Positions 60,596-64,000 of a stretch of DNA of 64,000 nt are shown here, in pieces (positions within the stretch are counted from its first letter, which is position 1; each line of letters opens with the position of its first letter). A program made the translations under genes and the position numbers. The DNA is from Octopus vulgaris (taxonomy: Eukaryota): contig OX597830.1 in the NCBI GenBank assembly GCA_951406725.2, positions 71,486,001 to 71,550,000 of the forward strand, read 5' to 3'. A model generated the notes under the pieces. It did no database searches, was not told the origin of the DNA, and saw only the letters and a program-made list of their open reading frames with translations.

Positions 60596-61209
60596 TTAAA
60601 TTAATGACAGCACCAAATTATGTAATGGCGTTCATCATCCTACAGCAGTTTCCGCTGTATGTTTCCCTTCACTCATAGTTAAATGCTAGTGTGACTCTCT
60701 ATGAAATATTTCAATTTTGAAGCTCTGACGGAGCTAAAGTGTGTGAGGGAAGTACTCAATACGAGTGCGTTGCATGTTATAGCAGAAACCCTTGCAAGCT
60801 TATGAATATCAAAATCATTATCTTACTTACTTGCCATGTATTTAATATTCCATTGCGCACTTTACTCGACTAACTTTTCATTCCGAATTATTTCTATATT
60901 GAGTTTTAACTCCATGTTATAAGTGTCGGTATGTCGACATGAAATACGAAAATGTATATAAATATTTTAAAGTATTTATGTATATATATATATATATATG
61001 CATTTATGTTTATATAGATATATCATATATATTAACTATATCCTTAGGAAATTAAATATAACTTTATATATATTTATGTATGTATATAACTGCCTCTATA
61101 ATTAGCTATTAATATATAAATATATAAAAATGTGTATATAGAAAATATATGTAGATATATGCGTGTGTAGACATCTGTATATTTGCATGCATATGTAATT
61201 ATACACTTA

Positions 61210-61440
61210 CAGTTCTTTATTTAAGAGATGAGGAATTATGTACATTATTTACATTATTTACATTCGACGGATATTTGTCCTCATCTTGTTTATTGTTAAA
61301 TACCTTGGGAATGAGAACCCAGTTCGAGATTTCCCCAAGACACCTGAAGAATGCTGGAGGGTATATCAGCCGAAACGTTGTGTTAACAACAAACAAGATG
61401 AGGACAAATATCCGTCGAATGTAAATGATGAATTATACAC
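61210..61440 (+). mobile_element. HHR family 1 element with an inverted duplication of its 3' end (Penelope-like inverted structure)
   Basis: 61256-61299 is the reverse complement of 61383-61426 (1 mismatch); the HHR lies between the arms. Confidence 0.75.
61339..61384 (+). ncRNA. Minimal type-I hammerhead ribozyme motif (family 1)
   Basis: GACAC CTGAAGA A TGCTG GAGGGTATAT CAGCC GAAA CG TT GTGTT. N7 is A here versus U in the other copies; one stem II mismatch. Confidence 0.65.
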
Positions 61441-62192
61441 TTAGTCTGAATATGAATAGTTATAAATAAAATAAAAGACGTGTATATATGAAAATACGAG
61501 TATATAAACTTTTTGTATATATTTGTAAACATATTACATATGTATGCTTACATATGGTTTTGTAATATTGATATTGACTTATAAATTTATATACAACACA
61601 TGTTTATATGTACTGACATAGACAATAAGTAGAATGTGCTTATATATATGTATGTATACATTGAGATATATATATTTGCGTATGTGTATATATATATATA
61701 TACACATATATATTTATGCACGTACATGCAGACGCATAGTGCTATACACACACACAAGCACACATGCAAAATCTAGTGATTTCTTGTTGACTCAATAAAT
61801 GAAAATCACGAATAACAGTTAAGTAATCAATGCACAATATTAATGGGTTAAATGAGTTTTGTGTTTTATATGTATGTATATATATATAAACATATAGTTG
61901 TACAGTGGCGAGAATGCATGTATTATATATATATATATATATATACAAACTATTATGTAAACATCCATATGTAATATGTATACAAATGTATACAAAAAGT
62001 TTATATACCTCTATTTTTATATAACTATTTATATACAAATGTATAAGTATTTATATACAAATATATATTTAGCTTCTAATTGGAAGGAAGGTTAACAATG
62101 TTCTTTACCTATCTCCTTAACATCTTTCAGATTTTAGGCAAAAGTATAGTAACGTGTCCATTTGTTTTAATTTAATTAAATTATATGTCTTT

Positions 62193-62280
62193 ATGCAGCT
62201 GAGGATTGCTCTGCATTGATATTGATGTAATGGTTGCATTGTTCAATTAAATGGAGTTGCGTGAAACGATCGTACTGCAT
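62193..62280 (+). ncRNA. Type-I hammerhead ribozyme motif with a long stem II (family 2)
   Basis: Stem I ATGCAG (62193-98)/CTGCAT (62275-80), perfect 6 bp; core CTGAGGA (62199-62205); 57-nt irregular stem II; GAAA (62263-66); palindromic ACGATCGT stem III; predicted cleavage after GUA (62274). Confidence 0.65.
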
Positions 62281-62322
62281 TACCACTGGATATCCTTGTT
62301 GCATATTTTGATATATGTGTGC

Positions 62323-62359
<37 letters not shown>

Positions 62360-63436
62360 TTTGCCTATATGTTAGTATGTGTCTGTGTGTTCATTTTGTG
62401 TCTGCTTCGGCAAAGAGACTGATAGAAGTACCAGGCATTGAAAAAAAATAAAAATAATAATAATAATAAGTGCATTACTCGATTCATTCGTCAAAAAAAT
62501 TCAAAGCGGTGCCCCATCATGGCCGCAGTCTAATGACTGAAACAAATGAAAGAGATAAAAGTGATAAAATATATGTGTGTGAGTGTGGTTGTTTGTGTGT
62601 ACTGATAAACTTATGTTCGTATCTCCATGTACATGTAAATGCATACAAAGACGAGTGATTCTTTACATCCACACATGTCTGTTACCTTTTGATCCACTCA
62701 CATCATCTTCCAATCACTGCGCTCGTACAATTAAACAGCCATCTTAGAAACTGATCGAGATCCATTTAATTGCTCTGGATTACATTTATTTTCCAAGATG
62801 TACCTAACAATAACTTATGGCTGTAAGTAATACACCATTTGTAATGCAGTATATCGCAATCTCGTCATCAACCATTAGGACAAGAAAATTGCATGAGCTG
62901 ACTACTGAAATGCTATTAAAATTTTGGCCAAAGACATTTTAATTATACTACAAGAAACAGATTTTAAAAAATTCAGGAAGAGAAGGGTGGAACAAAGATC
63001 ACTCCCATATATTCCATTTAATGGAATAGTATCAAATTCATTCATTCATCAAGAACTTACTAAAGAGAGACGTTTGTAGTAACAGTACTTATACCATAAG
63101 TTTTGCCCCAGCATGGCCACAGTGATGGGGCTGGAACTGGCAAACATCAAAGAGAATAAAATATATGTTTGAATGTATGGATATGTGTGTATGTGCGTTC
63201 GTGTGTGTGTGTATGTATGTATGTATATATATATTATAATATATTATATATATATGTATATATATATATGTATATATATTTATATATATATATATATGTA
63301 TATATATTTGTACAGTGGCGAGTATGCATGTATTATATATATATATACAAACTAATATGTAAGCATGCATATGTAATATGCATACAAATGTATACAAAAA
63401 GTTTATATACATGCATTTTCATATAACTATTTATAT

Positions 63437-63619
63437 CGTTAGCCACTACGCACATTTTTTTCTCTCCTTGTTTCTCTCCTTGTTTTTTCTGTGTCCCTTT
63501 CTGTAGAAGAGCGTAGGCTCGAAACGTAAAAGACTTTTTCTGTTCCTGAGCGTTATATTAATACATCTGTTTGTTTTGTACACCACCTGTCTTCGTCTTT
63601 TGTTTTTTCCGTAAACTCT

Positions 63620-63622
<3 letters not shown>
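63437..63622 (+). mobile_element. Short element carrying a variant hammerhead (family 3), 3' end abutting (TA)n
   Basis: 63497-63532 reads CTTT CTGTAGA A GAGC GTAG GCTC GAAA CG TA AAAG; second, decayed copy at 4951-5114. Confidence 0.6.
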
Positions 63623-63659
<37 letters not shown>

Positions 63660-63662
63660 CCA

Positions 63663-64000
63663 CAGGGTGATTAAAAAGTAACTCCCTATTTTAAAATACT
63701 CATAATTTATTAACTATAAGTTTTAGAAAAAAATGAATATGTGAAAAAAGCGTATAGCATGGAGTTTATTTAAAATTCGATATAGGCCCCAACATTCGCC
63801 ATCAGCTTCTCAAGCCGCCAGGTAACTGCATCAACTGATTTCATCAGGAACTCTTGTGGGATGGAAGATATAACTTCTTGCATTCGCCTTTGGTCCTTTA
63901 ACCAGCCCCAAAGAAAAAGTCGCTGTGTGTTAAATCAGGGCTTCTGGCTAGTCAATCATGCGGACCTAGACAACTCATCCATCACTCAGGAAAGTAGGCA
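63663..64000 (-). pseudogene. Tc1/mariner-superfamily transposon 3' end with decayed transposase C-terminus (runs off the window)
   Basis: Minus strand 64000-63770 reads AYFPE*WMSCLGPHD*LARSPDLTHSDF/FLWGWLKDQ-RRMQEVISSIPQEFLMKSVDAVTWRLEKLMANVGAYIEF*, matching the W-P-x-R-S-P-D-L-T-P-x-D-F-F-L-W-G motif. Two stops and one frameshift; TIR-like end CAGGGTG at 63663. Confidence 0.85.

Overview
AT-rich, repeat-saturated eukaryotic non-coding DNA with no intact protein-coding gene. Almost every ORF in the supplied track is translated microsatellite ((TA)n, (CA)n, (TATC)n, (TACA)n, (GA)n, (AAT)n, (GAA)n). The tRNA-headed SINEs and the microsatellite density suggest a coleoid cephalopod, probably Octopus (inference from pattern recognition, not a database hit). 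The window holds four tRNA-derived SINE families (called A-D here), a non-autonomous Helitron inserted at the end of a mariner-type MITE, a decayed Tc1/mariner transposase at the right edge and two decayed LINE protein remnants. A ~6.0-kb near-identical duplication flanks a 100-N gap and is probably an assembly artefact. The most notable signal is a set of minimal type-I hammerhead ribozyme (HHR) motifs of the Penelope-like-element kind (CUGANGA / stem II / GAAA / palindromic stem III / UH), in at least three sequence families (4574, 37727 and 61339; 62193; 63497). One copy (37679-37937, minus strand) lies directly behind a tRNA-like Pol III head, suggesting a ribozyme-bearing SINE or retrozyme-like element. 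Several 44-84 bp inverted-repeat structures occur in or near these elements.
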